DNA of 64,000 bases, taken from positions 1,165,597-1,229,596 of the forward strand of contig OZ253564.1 of assembly GCA_965262915.1 (NCBI GenBank), read 5' to 3'. The DNA comes from Candidatus Spongiisociaceae bacterium (lineage in GTDB: Bacteria; Actinomycetota; Acidimicrobiia; Spongiisociales; Spongiisociaceae). Below the pieces are notes generated by a model that was not told the origin of the DNA, searched no databases, and saw only the letters and a program-made list of their open reading frames with translations. The position numbers were made by a program, and so were the translations under genes. Numbering within the stretch: position 1 is the stretch's first letter; every line of letters starts with the position of its first letter. Of this stretch, positions 9,230 through 18,593 are shown in pieces.

Positions 9230-10762
9230 TCAGGTTCCGAGTACCCCCGGATTCATGATTCCGTTCGGATCGAGTTGCCGCTTCAGCGTCCGGACGTAGC
9301 CGGAGTAGCCCTCGGAGATGTGGCCTGCAAAGTCGTAGTAGCGACCGATCTGGAAGTTGACCGCGCCGTGGTCCTGGTAGATGGTGGCAACGTCGTTCCG
9401 GAAATCGGAGGCCACGCGGCGGGCCCCGTCGAAGCGGCCCCTGCGGCGGGTCACGCCTTTCACGAGGGCCTTGACCGCCATGCCCGTTGGTACCTTCCCG
9501 AGCATCTTCACGTTCCGGGGATTGAGGACGTACGCCCGACGGAGCGGATCCAGTTCGTCGGGCCACACGATGTTGGTCTCGACCAGTAGCTGTCCCTTGA
9601 CCGCACACATCAGGTGGTAGTAGTAGACGTGTTCCCGCTCGAAGGCGCCGGCATACTGCTCCGCCAGCTTGTCGACCTTCTCCATAAGGTCGAGGGTGGC
9701 CGAGAACGGAACGATCCCATGAACGGGCGCCCAGACCTCGCCGTTGGTCGATACCAGCGAAGCGGTGATACCGCCGACGAATCCCATGAACGGCTCGTCC
9801 CGCCACTTCCCGGCGAGTTCACCGGCCAATTCCCGGCCTCCGTGGTCACCAACGATGGACCGGATGGCGCCTGCGTTGGCGGAAATCACCTCCGCGCTCA
9901 GACCCTCGGTCGAGGCGTGCAGCACCTCGGCCGCTCCGGCGAGAAAGCCGTACCCGGCTCTGATCAGGCTGTCTAGACGCTTGCTGGACAGGTAGAAGAC
10001 CTCCGATGCCAGTCGTGACCGAGCTATGCCTGACATAGCGGTGAGGAGTTCCGAGAGGGAGGGGAAGTCGAAGCTCATGGACTCGTGTCCATGAGGCTGC
10101 TCCATCAACTCGAAGCTGGCTTCTGTCTTGACTCCGAATGCCCCCGAGTCCCCCACGAACATCCCGGTCAGGTCCGGCCCGTAGTACCGGAAGTGGCGCC
10201 ATCCGTCCACATGGGCGCCCGAGCCGGTCCTGATCACTTCCCCGCCGGGAGTGACCACCTCGAGGCCGAGAAGCGTGTCTCCCACCGTCCCGTACTTGCC
10301 GGACCCGTACCAGACGGCGTTGTTCGATATGCATCCCCCGAGGGTCGATCCTTCACCCGACAGCGGCCCCCAGAAGACCATACGCAGGCCCCTCTCGGAC
10401 AGGACGGAGTGGAGATCCTTCCAGGTGCAGCCGGTCTGGGCGGTGATCGACATGGAGTCCACGTCGATCTCCTGTATGGCGTTCATGCGGGATGTGTCGA
10501 GGAGGATCCCGCCTGCCACGGTCGGCGTGTAGCCGAGCGTATACGAGAGGCCGCCGCCCCTCGGATAGATTGGGGTTCCGTGCTCGTTGGCGAGGCGGAC
10601 GACGCCCGCCACCTCCCCGGTCGTGGCGGGCTGGACCACGAATTCGGCCGGCGCCACCTCCAGCCGGCTCAGGTCGGTGCCGTAGTACGCCAAGTCCCTC
10701 TTCGCGGTGGAGACGTGGGCGCCACCGACGACATCCCTGAGGTCTTGCTTCAACTGGTTCAC
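9230..10762 (-). CDS. FAD-linked oxidase (PCMH-type FAD-binding domain, GlcD-like)
   Basis: 510 aa with N-terminal FAD_binding_4-like region (PRGGGLSYTLG). Confidence 0.85.
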   Translation of the reverse strand: MNQLKQDLRDVVGGAHVSTAKRDLAYYGTDLSRLEVAPAEFVVQPATTGEVAGVVRLANEHGTPIYPRGGGLSYTLGYTPTVAGGILLDTSRMNAIQEIDVDSMSITAQTGCTWKDLHSVLSERGLRMVFWGPLSGEGSTLGGCISNNAVWYGSGKYGTVGDTLLGLEVVTPGGEVIRTGSGAHVDGWRHFRYYGPDLTGMFVGDSGAFGVKTEASFELMEQPHGHESMSFDFPSLSELLTAMSGIARSRLASEVFYLSSKRLDSLIRAGYGFLAGAAEVLHASTEGLSAEVISANAGAIRSIVGDHGGRELAGELAGKWRDEPFMGFVGGITASLVSTNGEVWAPVHGIVPFSATLDLMEKVDKLAEQYAGAFEREHVYYYHLMCAVKGQLLVETNIVWPDELDPLRRAYVLNPRNVKMLGKVPTGMAVKALVKGVTRRRGRFDGARRVASDFRNDVATIYQDHGAVNFQIGRYYDFAGHISEGYSGYVRTLKRQLDPNGIMNPGVLGT

Positions 10763-10820
10763 GGCGCCATCTCCGACCGCAGGCTAGGACCGGGCCAGAC
10801 TACAGCTCGACCAGGGCGTG

Positions 10821-11535
10821 TCACGCCCCGAGCATCTCGAATGACTCGGCCATGAGCGACTCGTCCCAGGACCCGATGGACTGGACATAGAAGCGGGTGA
10901 CGCCCACTCCGGCCAACCGGGCCATCTGATCGGCGACCTGGTGAGGGGTTCCATGGGGGAGTAGGCACTCCGCGAAGCCGGCCTCCAGGTCGTCGGCGTC
11001 CATCCTCCGGTAGGCGGCGCCCTGCTCGAGCCTTCTTCGGTAGCTCGCCCGGTCGGTTCCCACGATGACGGGTCCCATTGCGCTTACCCGAAGGGCTCCG
11101 GGTGGCCGCCCAGCTGCTAGGGCGGCCTCCCTCGCCCGCCTTATCCGGGCCTCGAGGTCGTCGATCGGGGCGAGAAGGGCAAGGTTGTACTCGTCGGCGT
11201 ACGTACCTGCCAGGTACGGTGACCTCCGGGGTCCGAATCCACCGACCATTAGTGGAAGCGCTCCGGTGGGGGACGGTTCGACCGGCTCCGCATCCAGGTA
11301 GTAGTGCTTGCCGGAGAATCCGGGAGGGCCCTTGCCGAACGCGGCCCTCAGATAACCCAGCGCCTCCTCCAGCCGCTCCCAGCGTTCGGGCCACGGTGGG
11401 TACGGGATGCCGAACCGGCGGTGTTCCTCATCGAGCCATCCCGTTCCCAGGCCCAGGGTGAAACGTCCCCCGGACATGTGATCGATGGTCACCGACTGCT
11501 TGGCCAGAACCGACGGGTGGCGGAAGTCATGTGTA
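10821..11535 (-). pseudogene. LLM-class (luciferase-like, F420/flavin-dependent) oxidoreductase, N-terminally truncated
   Basis: Homology starts at FRHPSVLAKQSVTIDHMSGGRFTLGLGTGW, which normally lies about 70-90 aa into the fold. An upstream in-frame stop precedes it. Confidence 0.65.
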
Positions 11536-11640
11536 CCCGCACTGGTTCGGTCTCGACATCAATCACTGCCGCTACTACCCGATCTACTCGGTGTGCGCAG
11601 AACTCGGCATCCCGATCGCCATGCAGGTCGGCAGCCAGTC
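11531..11640 (+). pseudogene. Amidohydrolase-2 family gene fragment (about 35 codons)
   Basis: YPHWFGLDINHCRYYPIYSVCAELGIPIAMQVG resembles an internal amidohydrolase_2 segment. No N- or C-terminal parts are present. Confidence 0.45.
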
Positions 11641-12183
11641 GAGACGTTCGGGCGGTTGGACGGTCTGGTCTGCTGTGTCGGGTCGACACCTCTCGGTGAC
11701 TTCTCGGTCGTGAACGATCACGATTGGCGGCAGGCCTTCGAGATGAAGGTGCTGGCGACGATCAGGGCTATCCGGGTGGCGCGGCCTCACTTGGCGGCGA
11801 CCGGCGCAGGACGCGTGGTGGCGGTAACCGGCAACGCCTCGCGCACCCGTCTCCCATACCTACTGACCTCCACCATCATGAACGCCGGACTCGAGGCCCT
11901 CGTTTCCTCGCTGTCCCGCCAGTTCTCCGCTGATGGGATCGCGATCAACGCGGTGTCTCCGGGGCCGGTCAACACCAGGCGCTACGAAGGGCTGGTGGAG
12001 GCGGTGGCTGTCCATACAGGGTTGGACTCGCCATCGGCCTGGCGTCACATAGAGGCGTCCATCCCGGCAGGACGTATCACGGAACCCGAAGAGGTGGTCC
12101 GCCTTGTTGCGTATCTCGTGGCCCCCTCAGCAGCGCCGGTCACAGGTAGCACCTACATCATCGACGGTGGCCAGAGCCCCTGA
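11641..12183 (+). pseudogene. Short-chain dehydrogenase/reductase, C-terminal two thirds only
   Basis: Begins at FGRLDGLVCCVG (after the NNAG-type region). Ends with the typical VTGSTYIIDGG. The TGxxxGxG N-terminus is absent. Confidence 0.65.
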
Positions 12184-12297
12184 CCTGGTGTCCTTTATTG
12201 AGGTCGCCGGGCGACCTCCACGGTGCTGCGAGCCCGATTCGCGACGGACGCGATACGCCGGGTCGATGTCAGAGCGCGCAAAGGGTACGTCCAGAGG

Positions 12298-12486
12298 TCA
12301 CGAGGGCCAGGACAGGATGACAGAAACCGCCAAGGCCAACCCACCGAGGAAGATGCCGGCAAGCCATTTGGTCTGGCGGAAGATGGTGCGTTCGACATCG
12401 CGCAACGCCTCGGATAGGTCGGTGCGTGCCTCTGCCTGACGTGCCTCGTCCTCCGCGTCTACCAGAGATTCGGTAACGGCTGCCAT
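12298..12486 (-). CDS. Small membrane-anchored hypothetical protein
   Basis: 62 aa with a charged N-terminal half and one C-terminal TM (WLAGIFLGGLALAVSVIL). AT-rich upstream region contains TATACT. Confidence 0.35.
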   Translation of the reverse strand: MAAVTESLVDAEDEARQAEARTDLSEALRDVERTIFRQTKWLAGIFLGGLALAVSVILSWPS

Positions 12487-12570
12487 GCGGACCCCCGGCT
12501 GTCAACGTCAGCTATCGTACTGTAGTTGAGTATAAGTGAGTTAATGTTAGCTGTCCACTCGCGTGGGCTT

Positions 12571-12677
12571 CTAGGAGGGTGGTGCAAAACCCCTTCACGG
12601 CGCGTCGACCGATGACATAATGCCTGTTCAGAGGAAGACGGGCCGTTGCTCCCCACCGTTTTAGACCACCCTTCTAG
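12571..12677. mobile_element. MITE family A, copy 1 (107 bp, TIR GGAGGGTGGT, TA flanks)
   Basis: Near-identical copies at 23971..24077 and, inverted, at 50550..50655. Terminal and internal (ACGGCCCGTC/GACGGGCCGT) inverted repeats. Confidence 0.85.
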
Positions 12678-12816
12678 ACCACATGCTTGCTCCGCCTCGC
12701 GACCTGAGCTTTCGGCGTAGCGGGTCCCGGCGGATCACTTTGCCGCGTCCTGCTGTCCGGATGCGAGTGGATCCGCGTCGAGGACTCCGGGGGCGCGTAT
12801 CCCCGTGTGCCGCGGG

Positions 12817-14358
12817 TCAAGAGGAGAAGCGCTCCCGCAGATCGCGTTTGAGCACCTTCATGCCGGCGTTGCGGGGGAGTACGTCGACCGTCTCGTAGCG
12901 GCGGGGGACCTTGTAGCGAGCGAGTTGCGAGCGGCACAGCTCATCCAGTTGGTCCACGGGGAGCGGTCCCTCCCCTCGTGTGACCACCACCGCGGTCACC
13001 TGCTCTCCCCACTTCTCCGACGGCAGCCCGATGACGGCAACATCCTGAACGGATGGGTGCCGCACAAGAACTTCCTCGACATCACGCGGATACACGTTGG
13101 CGCCTCCCGAGATGATCAGGTCCTTCTTGCGGTCGACGATGTAGTGGTAGTTCTCGTCGTCGACCATCGCCAGGTCACCGGCCGAGAAGAAGCCGTCCTC
13201 GGTGGTCGACTCGGCAGTGGCCTCGGGGTTCTTGTAGTACCCGTTCATCAGGTACGGGGATCTGGAGAAGAGTTCACCGATCTCGCCGGGCTGGACGGGG
13301 TTGCCATCCTCGTCGACGACGCGAACCTCGGTCATGAACCAGGCCGGCCCTACGCAGCGCTCCTTGCGCATGATGTCGGCCGGCCGCAGGTTCGTCACGA
13401 TGGCCGCCTCGGTCGATCCGTAGAGCTCGTGGAGACCGACATCGGGGAACATCCCGTGTACCCACTCCTTTAGCGCCTGGGGGAGGGGGGCGGCGTTGAA
13501 GTAGATGACCTCGAGAGAGGAGATGTCGAAGCTGCGGATAGCGTCCTCACCCAGGGAGCGGACCAGAGCGGCATGGGTCGGCACCAGGAAGACCGTGTGG
13601 GGCCGGTCCCGCTCGATAATCGAGAGCAGGCCGTCGGGACTGAAGGCTCGCAGCATCGAAACTGTCCCGCCGGTATGGACCGCCGCGTACGCAAACGCAA
13701 AACCTGCTCCGTGGTACATGGGAGCCACCGCGATGGTCGTCCTCCCCGGTCCGAGGCCCCATTCCAGGGCGGTCGCGTAGAAGGTCAGGGTCCTGGAACG
13801 GTGGCTGATGACCACTCCCTTGGGGTTGCCGGTTGTCCCGGAGGTATAGGCGATGGCGAACGGGTCGGTCTCCGCCACGCGGATCCTGGGATCGATGCTC
13901 CGGGCGTTCTCGAGAGCGTTCTCGTAGCTCCGCCCTGCCTCCTGACCTCCGATGGACAGGACGGTGGCCGGTTCGCGCGACTCGGTGGCGGCGGTGGCGT
14001 TACCGGCGAGCGAGTTTTCGAGGATGAGCGCCCTGGCGTCGGAGCGGTCGAAGATGAAGTCGACCTCCGGCGCAGGCGATTTGGGGTTGAGCGGGATCAT
14101 CACCATGCCCGCCTTGGCGATACCCGCCGCTACCTCGCAGTATTCGAGCCGGTTGCCGCTGAGGAACCCTACGTGGTCACCCGGATGGAGGCCGGCGGCG
14201 AGCAAGACGTTGGCGACACGGTTGGAACGGTCGTCGAGTTCTGCATACGTCTGCGTGCGGTCGCCGTCGATTACCGCCGTAGCGCCCGGTGTGGCGATCG
14301 CGAACTCACGGATGCCGTTGGCGATGTTGAGGTCTGCGCCTCGGGGAAGGATTGCCAT
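12817..14358 (-). CDS. Acyl-CoA synthetase (AMP-dependent synthetase/ligase)
   Basis: AMP-binding signature AYTSGTTGNPKGV. 513 aa. Confidence 0.9.
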   Translation of the reverse strand: MAILPRGADLNIANGIREFAIATPGATAVIDGDRTQTYAELDDRSNRVANVLLAAGLHPGDHVGFLSGNRLEYCEVAAGIAKAGMVMIPLNPKSPAPEVDFIFDRSDARALILENSLAGNATAATESREPATVLSIGGQEAGRSYENALENARSIDPRIRVAETDPFAIAYTSGTTGNPKGVVISHRSRTLTFYATALEWGLGPGRTTIAVAPMYHGAGFAFAYAAVHTGGTVSMLRAFSPDGLLSIIERDRPHTVFLVPTHAALVRSLGEDAIRSFDISSLEVIYFNAAPLPQALKEWVHGMFPDVGLHELYGSTEAAIVTNLRPADIMRKERCVGPAWFMTEVRVVDEDGNPVQPGEIGELFSRSPYLMNGYYKNPEATAESTTEDGFFSAGDLAMVDDENYHYIVDRKKDLIISGGANVYPRDVEEVLVRHPSVQDVAVIGLPSEKWGEQVTAVVVTRGEGPLPVDQLDELCRSQLARYKVPRRYETVDVLPRNAGMKVLKRDLRERFSS

Positions 14359-14424
14359 ATCACCTCACAGATTTGGCCACGAGACTAACGAGGCAATCCA
14401 CCATCCTATTCTTGGCAGCCCCAG

Positions 14425-15120
14425 CTACCCCGACTCCGTTCCGCCTCGCATGGGCGGGAGCTCGTAGCCGTCCACGGGCTCGTAGGTGTTGCCTATGGGC
14501 CCCGGCACGATAACGAAGAACATGCACCCGTCGATCGAATGCATCGGGCCGTGCACGTCCTCCGGGGGGTGGGCCAGGTAGGCGCCCTTGGTCATCCTCC
14601 CGAAGGTGGTGTCGATGGTCCCTTCCAGGATGTAGACCTCCTCCGAGAAAGTATGCCACTCCGTATAGGGGCTGACCCACTGGGGCAGCAGCCCGTTGAT
14701 CGACGCACCCTGCTGGGCATCCGGGTCGTTGCGCAAGGCCTTCCGGGCGGCGCCTCCCGGAAAGTCATCGAAGCGCGGGGACTCCCAGGTGACCGCCAGG
14801 CTGTCTACCGGGGGCACTGCCCGCTCGGGGCGGAACATCGGGCCCGGTTCGTCGGAGGGATGCCAGTGCGGGGTTTCCGTGAACGATGCGAAGACCACGG
14901 ATCCGGTGGAGGTACGTAGCGGCTCGCGCAGCTTGCCGGAAGGGTGGAAGGCATAGCAGTACGGGTGGCGGGTCTGGTCCCCCCACGTCATCTCGCCTTC
15001 CAGGTAGAAGATGTCCTCGTCCGAGGTGTTGTAGCCGGTCTCTCGCCGCTCGAAGCCGGGCGGGAACTCGACAACCGCCGTTACGCCCCCTGTGTCGGGG
15101 TCAGGGCTGAGGGGCTTCAT
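14425..15120 (-). CDS. Cupin-domain protein
   Basis: 231 aa. Similar in pattern to 7768..8679 (EDIFYLEGEM..., EEVYILEGT...). Confidence 0.6.
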   Translation of the reverse strand: MKPLSPDPDTGGVTAVVEFPPGFERRETGYNTSDEDIFYLEGEMTWGDQTRHPYCYAFHPSGKLREPLRTSTGSVVFASFTETPHWHPSDEPGPMFRPERAVPPVDSLAVTWESPRFDDFPGGAARKALRNDPDAQQGASINGLLPQWVSPYTEWHTFSEEVYILEGTIDTTFGRMTKGAYLAHPPEDVHGPMHSIDGCMFFVIVPGPIGNTYEPVDGYELPPMRGGTESG

Positions 15121-15235
15121 CCGGACAGGGATGTTCCCTCCGGGTAGGGCGGGCGAGTTCCACCCAGTCGATATCGTCGACGTGGATGATGTCGATGTGG
15201 GGACGGGTCACGCAGTCTTCTTCCGTAAGGCCAAG

Positions 15236-16084
15236 TCAGTTTCCCGTGATGACGTACCCGAGGACGCGGTCCACGTTCTTGGGCACCCATGCGTCGAAGC
15301 CCCGCCACGATCCGTAGCGGGGTCGTAGTTCCTCGGTCACCGTGCGGCACACTTCGTCCCGAAACCGCTCCGTCATAGCGATGCCGTCCTCGCCCGGCAA
15401 GGGGTTCTGGCCGCCACCGCGACGGAATGCTGCTTCGGTTCGCTCCACGAGTTCCTCGAAATAGGCAAGATACCCGGTCACCCATGCCGGATCTCCCGGC
15501 CCCCGATGCCCACCCATGACCGTGCGGTATTCGAGTCGGGATGCGGCACGCAAGCTCCTGATACTCCCCATGACGTCGGTGTCGGGCAACTCGCGGTAAG
15601 GGGCGACCCCTGGCTCTACGAGATCGACGAACAGGAGCATGGGGCCCGTGCCGGTGGGAAAGATGAAGGCCGAATTGGTTCGCGAGTGGTTCGGTCCGTA
15701 GTGGTGCAATTCGATCCGGTAGTCGCCGACGTCGAGTACCTCCTCATCCTGAAGATGACGTGTGGGCGCCGCGATGTCTTGGTCTCCCCGGTAGGTGAGC
15801 CATCTGCCAACGGAGTGATGAGCGATCACCTCCGCACCCGGCACGAGAGTCCGTGCGCCAGTTATGTGGTCGCGATGGTCGTGGCTGTAGAGGATCCACC
15901 TGACCGGTTCGGAGGTCACCGACGCGATCGCCTCTCGATAGGAAGCAGCGGCTACCTCATCGATTGGATCGGTGGCGACCACCCCGGAACCCGTCTCGGC
16001 GAAGACACTGGCGTAGAACCCCGGCCTCCAGCGGAACACATGCGTTCCCGCGCCCAGATCCTCGACAGCCCAGAGGTTGCCCAT
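15236..16084 (-). CDS. MBL-fold metallo-hydrolase
   Basis: HxHxDH motif (YSHDHRDHITGA). Start chosen at MGNLWAVEDL (ATG 16084) to avoid overlap with the upstream ATPase gene. Confidence 0.8.
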   Translation of the reverse strand: MGNLWAVEDLGAGTHVFRWRPGFYASVFAETGSGVVATDPIDEVAAASYREAIASVTSEPVRWILYSHDHRDHITGARTLVPGAEVIAHHSVGRWLTYRGDQDIAAPTRHLQDEEVLDVGDYRIELHHYGPNHSRTNSAFIFPTGTGPMLLFVDLVEPGVAPYRELPDTDVMGSIRSLRAASRLEYRTVMGGHRGPGDPAWVTGYLAYFEELVERTEAAFRRGGGQNPLPGEDGIAMTERFRDEVCRTVTEELRPRYGSWRGFDAWVPKNVDRVLGYVITGN

Positions 16085-16149
16085 CCGGGCATCCAGGAGA
16101 CGCCGAACCTCGCCGGAGTAGGGCTGAAGGAGGAGGGGCCGTGTTCTGC

Positions 16150-17556
16150 TCAGGTATCGACGAGCCAGGCGAGCATCGCTGTGGGGATGGCCATCATGTC
16201 CGTAGACTCGAGGTCCAAGACCGTGCGCGTGGCTATGATCCCCCGCCACTTTGAAGCCTGTATCGTCCGCGTCCGGGTACGCCACCTGCTGTCCACATAT
16301 TTGGACTCGATTGCCATATCTCCGAGATCGGGCCCGACGAAGTCGATCTCGGTCCTGGAAGGCGTCCGGTGATACAGGATTCTGTCGAAGTCGAGATAGC
16401 TTCCGGGGTCGCGGGCTTCGATGCTCCTTAGTAGGGCCAAGCCGAGTTGCTGTTCGGAGAGAACGGAGAATTCAGGTGCCGGACCGGGTACCAGGCGGGT
16501 ATAGACCGGATCCGTGAAGTACAGTTTCCTCTGCGAGCGAGGTTGCGGACGAAGTCGGTTCTCCCGATGGCATGGCCACAGCACGAACGCCGCGCAGAGA
16601 TCATCGATTCGGCTTCTCAGGGTGGGTGGAGAGACCCCGAGATCACCGGCAGTCGACGACTGGTTGGTGTGTGACGACAAGCCCTTCGTCATCCTGCGCA
16701 GGAAGGCGGCGGTTTCCGTCCGCGACCATGACGCCCGTCTGAGAGCGTCACGGTCGACGATCTCGAACAGTTCGTGTTGGAATCCCTCATCCACGTCTCG
16801 GGATATCAGGTAGGCGGTCACTGCCCGGTGGAACCCGCCTACCCATAGGTAGGTGTCCCAGGCATCGACGAGAACATCCAACCATGGTGCGAGTGTGTAG
16901 GCGGCCTCTTTCAGCCGTGGGGGGTCGAGGCCACCAACCTTCAGCCTGAGGTTGGTGGTGGGCACCTCTGCGCTCCGCGCCAGTTTCACGAATGCTCGGA
17001 ACCCCAAGGGGAGCAAGATCCGATCGGCGTCCGTGATTCGTCCTCTGCGACCGGCCAGGATCCCGATGGATTCGGAAAGGTCGGAAGAGGACGAGCCGGT
17101 CAGAACGACCGTGTCGTCGTGGAACAGTGGGTCGTTGTCGCGGAGCCACTTTATCTTGTGGGGCCATCCGTCCATGATGGAGGTGATCTCGTCGATGAAC
17201 CAGTAGCGGCGATCGTTGTCGGGCAGCAGAGACCGGGCGGCACGGACGAGTCTGACCAGATCATCCGCTGCCCATCCGTCCACCGACATGTGGACGATGC
17301 GACGCGGGTCGACTCCCGCGGCGATCAGGGCTTCGATCGCTTGCTTGACCTCTACGGACTTGCCGACCCGCCGCGGTCCTCGGAGGACATAGAGCCCGCC
17401 GGGCGTGAGGTTCGAGACAGCGCCCGACGTGTAGTCGTAGGGTGCTTCGCGTACCGCGCGGAGCTCATGATCCCGAAGGGCCCACCCCTGAGGATCGCGC
17501 CACCAACGGTTACCGTCGGATAGTGTCTGCTGTATCAATCCGGGCTTCAGCGCCAC
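16150..17556 (-). CDS. AAA-type ATPase with C-terminal DUF4143-like region
   Basis: Walker A GPRRVGKS and Walker B-like YWFIDEI. GTG start with GGAGG upstream. Confidence 0.75.
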   Translation of the reverse strand: MALKPGLIQQTLSDGNRWWRDPQGWALRDHELRAVREAPYDYTSGAVSNLTPGGLYVLRGPRRVGKSVEVKQAIEALIAAGVDPRRIVHMSVDGWAADDLVRLVRAARSLLPDNDRRYWFIDEITSIMDGWPHKIKWLRDNDPLFHDDTVVLTGSSSSDLSESIGILAGRRGRITDADRILLPLGFRAFVKLARSAEVPTTNLRLKVGGLDPPRLKEAAYTLAPWLDVLVDAWDTYLWVGGFHRAVTAYLISRDVDEGFQHELFEIVDRDALRRASWSRTETAAFLRRMTKGLSSHTNQSSTAGDLGVSPPTLRSRIDDLCAAFVLWPCHRENRLRPQPRSQRKLYFTDPVYTRLVPGPAPEFSVLSEQQLGLALLRSIEARDPGSYLDFDRILYHRTPSRTEIDFVGPDLGDMAIESKYVDSRWRTRTRTIQASKWRGIIATRTVLDLESTDMMAIPTAMLAWLVDT

Positions 17557-17761
17557 AGTTGCCTCCGACGGCGTAGTCTACGATTCTGAAAGTATAACTT
17601 TCGATCTTGGGTACATTCCTGAAAATCATGTTTTCAATACGGTAGCTTTTCTGTACGATGGCTACTTCACGTCGATGTAGTTCACGTTCCAAGGCTAGAT
17701 CCGTGTGGCGTCCGACAGCTGTCCGAGGGGTAAGCTGACCTGGAAAGGCCTTGGAGTCAGG

Positions 17762-18547
17762 ATGACGATTCGCCGTGGCATCGTGGATACACCGTACGGG
17801 CAGGTTCACGCCAGGGCCGTCGGCGGGGAGGGACGTCCCATGTTGCTGCTCCACCAGTCGCCACGAAGCGGCCTCATGTACGAGCCGCTGATGGAACATA
17901 TAGCCCGCCCGACCATGGCGCTGGACCGGCTCGGCTACGGGTTCTCCGATCCCGGACCCGACGACCCGACCATCGAGACCTATGCCGAATCGACGATGGC
18001 GGTCGTGGATGACGCCGGGTGGGATAGCTTCGACGTTCTTGGGATCCACACCGGCTCGATGGAGGCGGTCTCTATCGGGATCGGGTGGCCGGACCGGGTC
18101 AACCGCGTGGGCATCGTGGCAGTTCCCGTGCTCAACCCGGAGGAGGCGGCGGAGATCGCCTCCCTCTATGCCGAGCCCCGCGCCCGCCCTCTGGAGGACG
18201 GATCCCACCTGCTCGAATACTGGCGAGCGAGACTGGTGTGGCGGGATCCACCCTACGATCTTCAGCACCTGCAGACCCTCACCGTGGAGGAGTTGCTCGT
18301 GGGCGACCGGGCCCATATCGCATACAGGGCGGTGGTCAACTGGCCCATATCGCAGAAGCTGGCCGAGTTGGCTGTGCCGCTGGTGGTCTTCGCTCCGCAT
18401 GATGATCTCATCGTGCAGACCTCGCACATGCGGAACAGGCTTCCGTCGGGAACGGTTTACATCGACCTACCCCATATGGACATGGACATCTTCCACCGGC
18501 ATCCCGACGAGATGGCGTCTCTGGTCCGTGAGCACCTACCGGCCTGA
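17762..18547 (+). CDS. Alpha/beta hydrolase
   Basis: MTIRRGIVDTPYGQVHA...LLLHQSP...LGIHTGSM (nucleophile elbow-like). AT-rich divergent promoter region at 17557-17761. Confidence 0.75.
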   Translation: MTIRRGIVDTPYGQVHARAVGGEGRPMLLLHQSPRSGLMYEPLMEHIARPTMALDRLGYGFSDPGPDDPTIETYAESTMAVVDDAGWDSFDVLGIHTGSMEAVSIGIGWPDRVNRVGIVAVPVLNPEEAAEIASLYAEPRARPLEDGSHLLEYWRARLVWRDPPYDLQHLQTLTVEELLVGDRAHIAYRAVVNWPISQKLAELAVPLVVFAPHDDLIVQTSHMRNRLPSGTVYIDLPHMDMDIFHRHPDEMASLVREHLPA

Positions 18548-18593
18548 CCCGTGGTCCGTGACCCGCGGCTCCGTGCTCTACGCGGTTCGGTAG

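Noticed and set aside
17510-18427. Long antisense ORFs (for example 17510..18427, 20036..21478, 23676..24413, 479..1351, 1606..2433, 38637..39965, 40049..41290, 47532..48488)
   Set aside because: They lie opposite or out of frame to genes with clear domain signatures. Their compositions are Arg/Gly/Pro/His-rich, typical of shadow ORFs in high-GC DNA.
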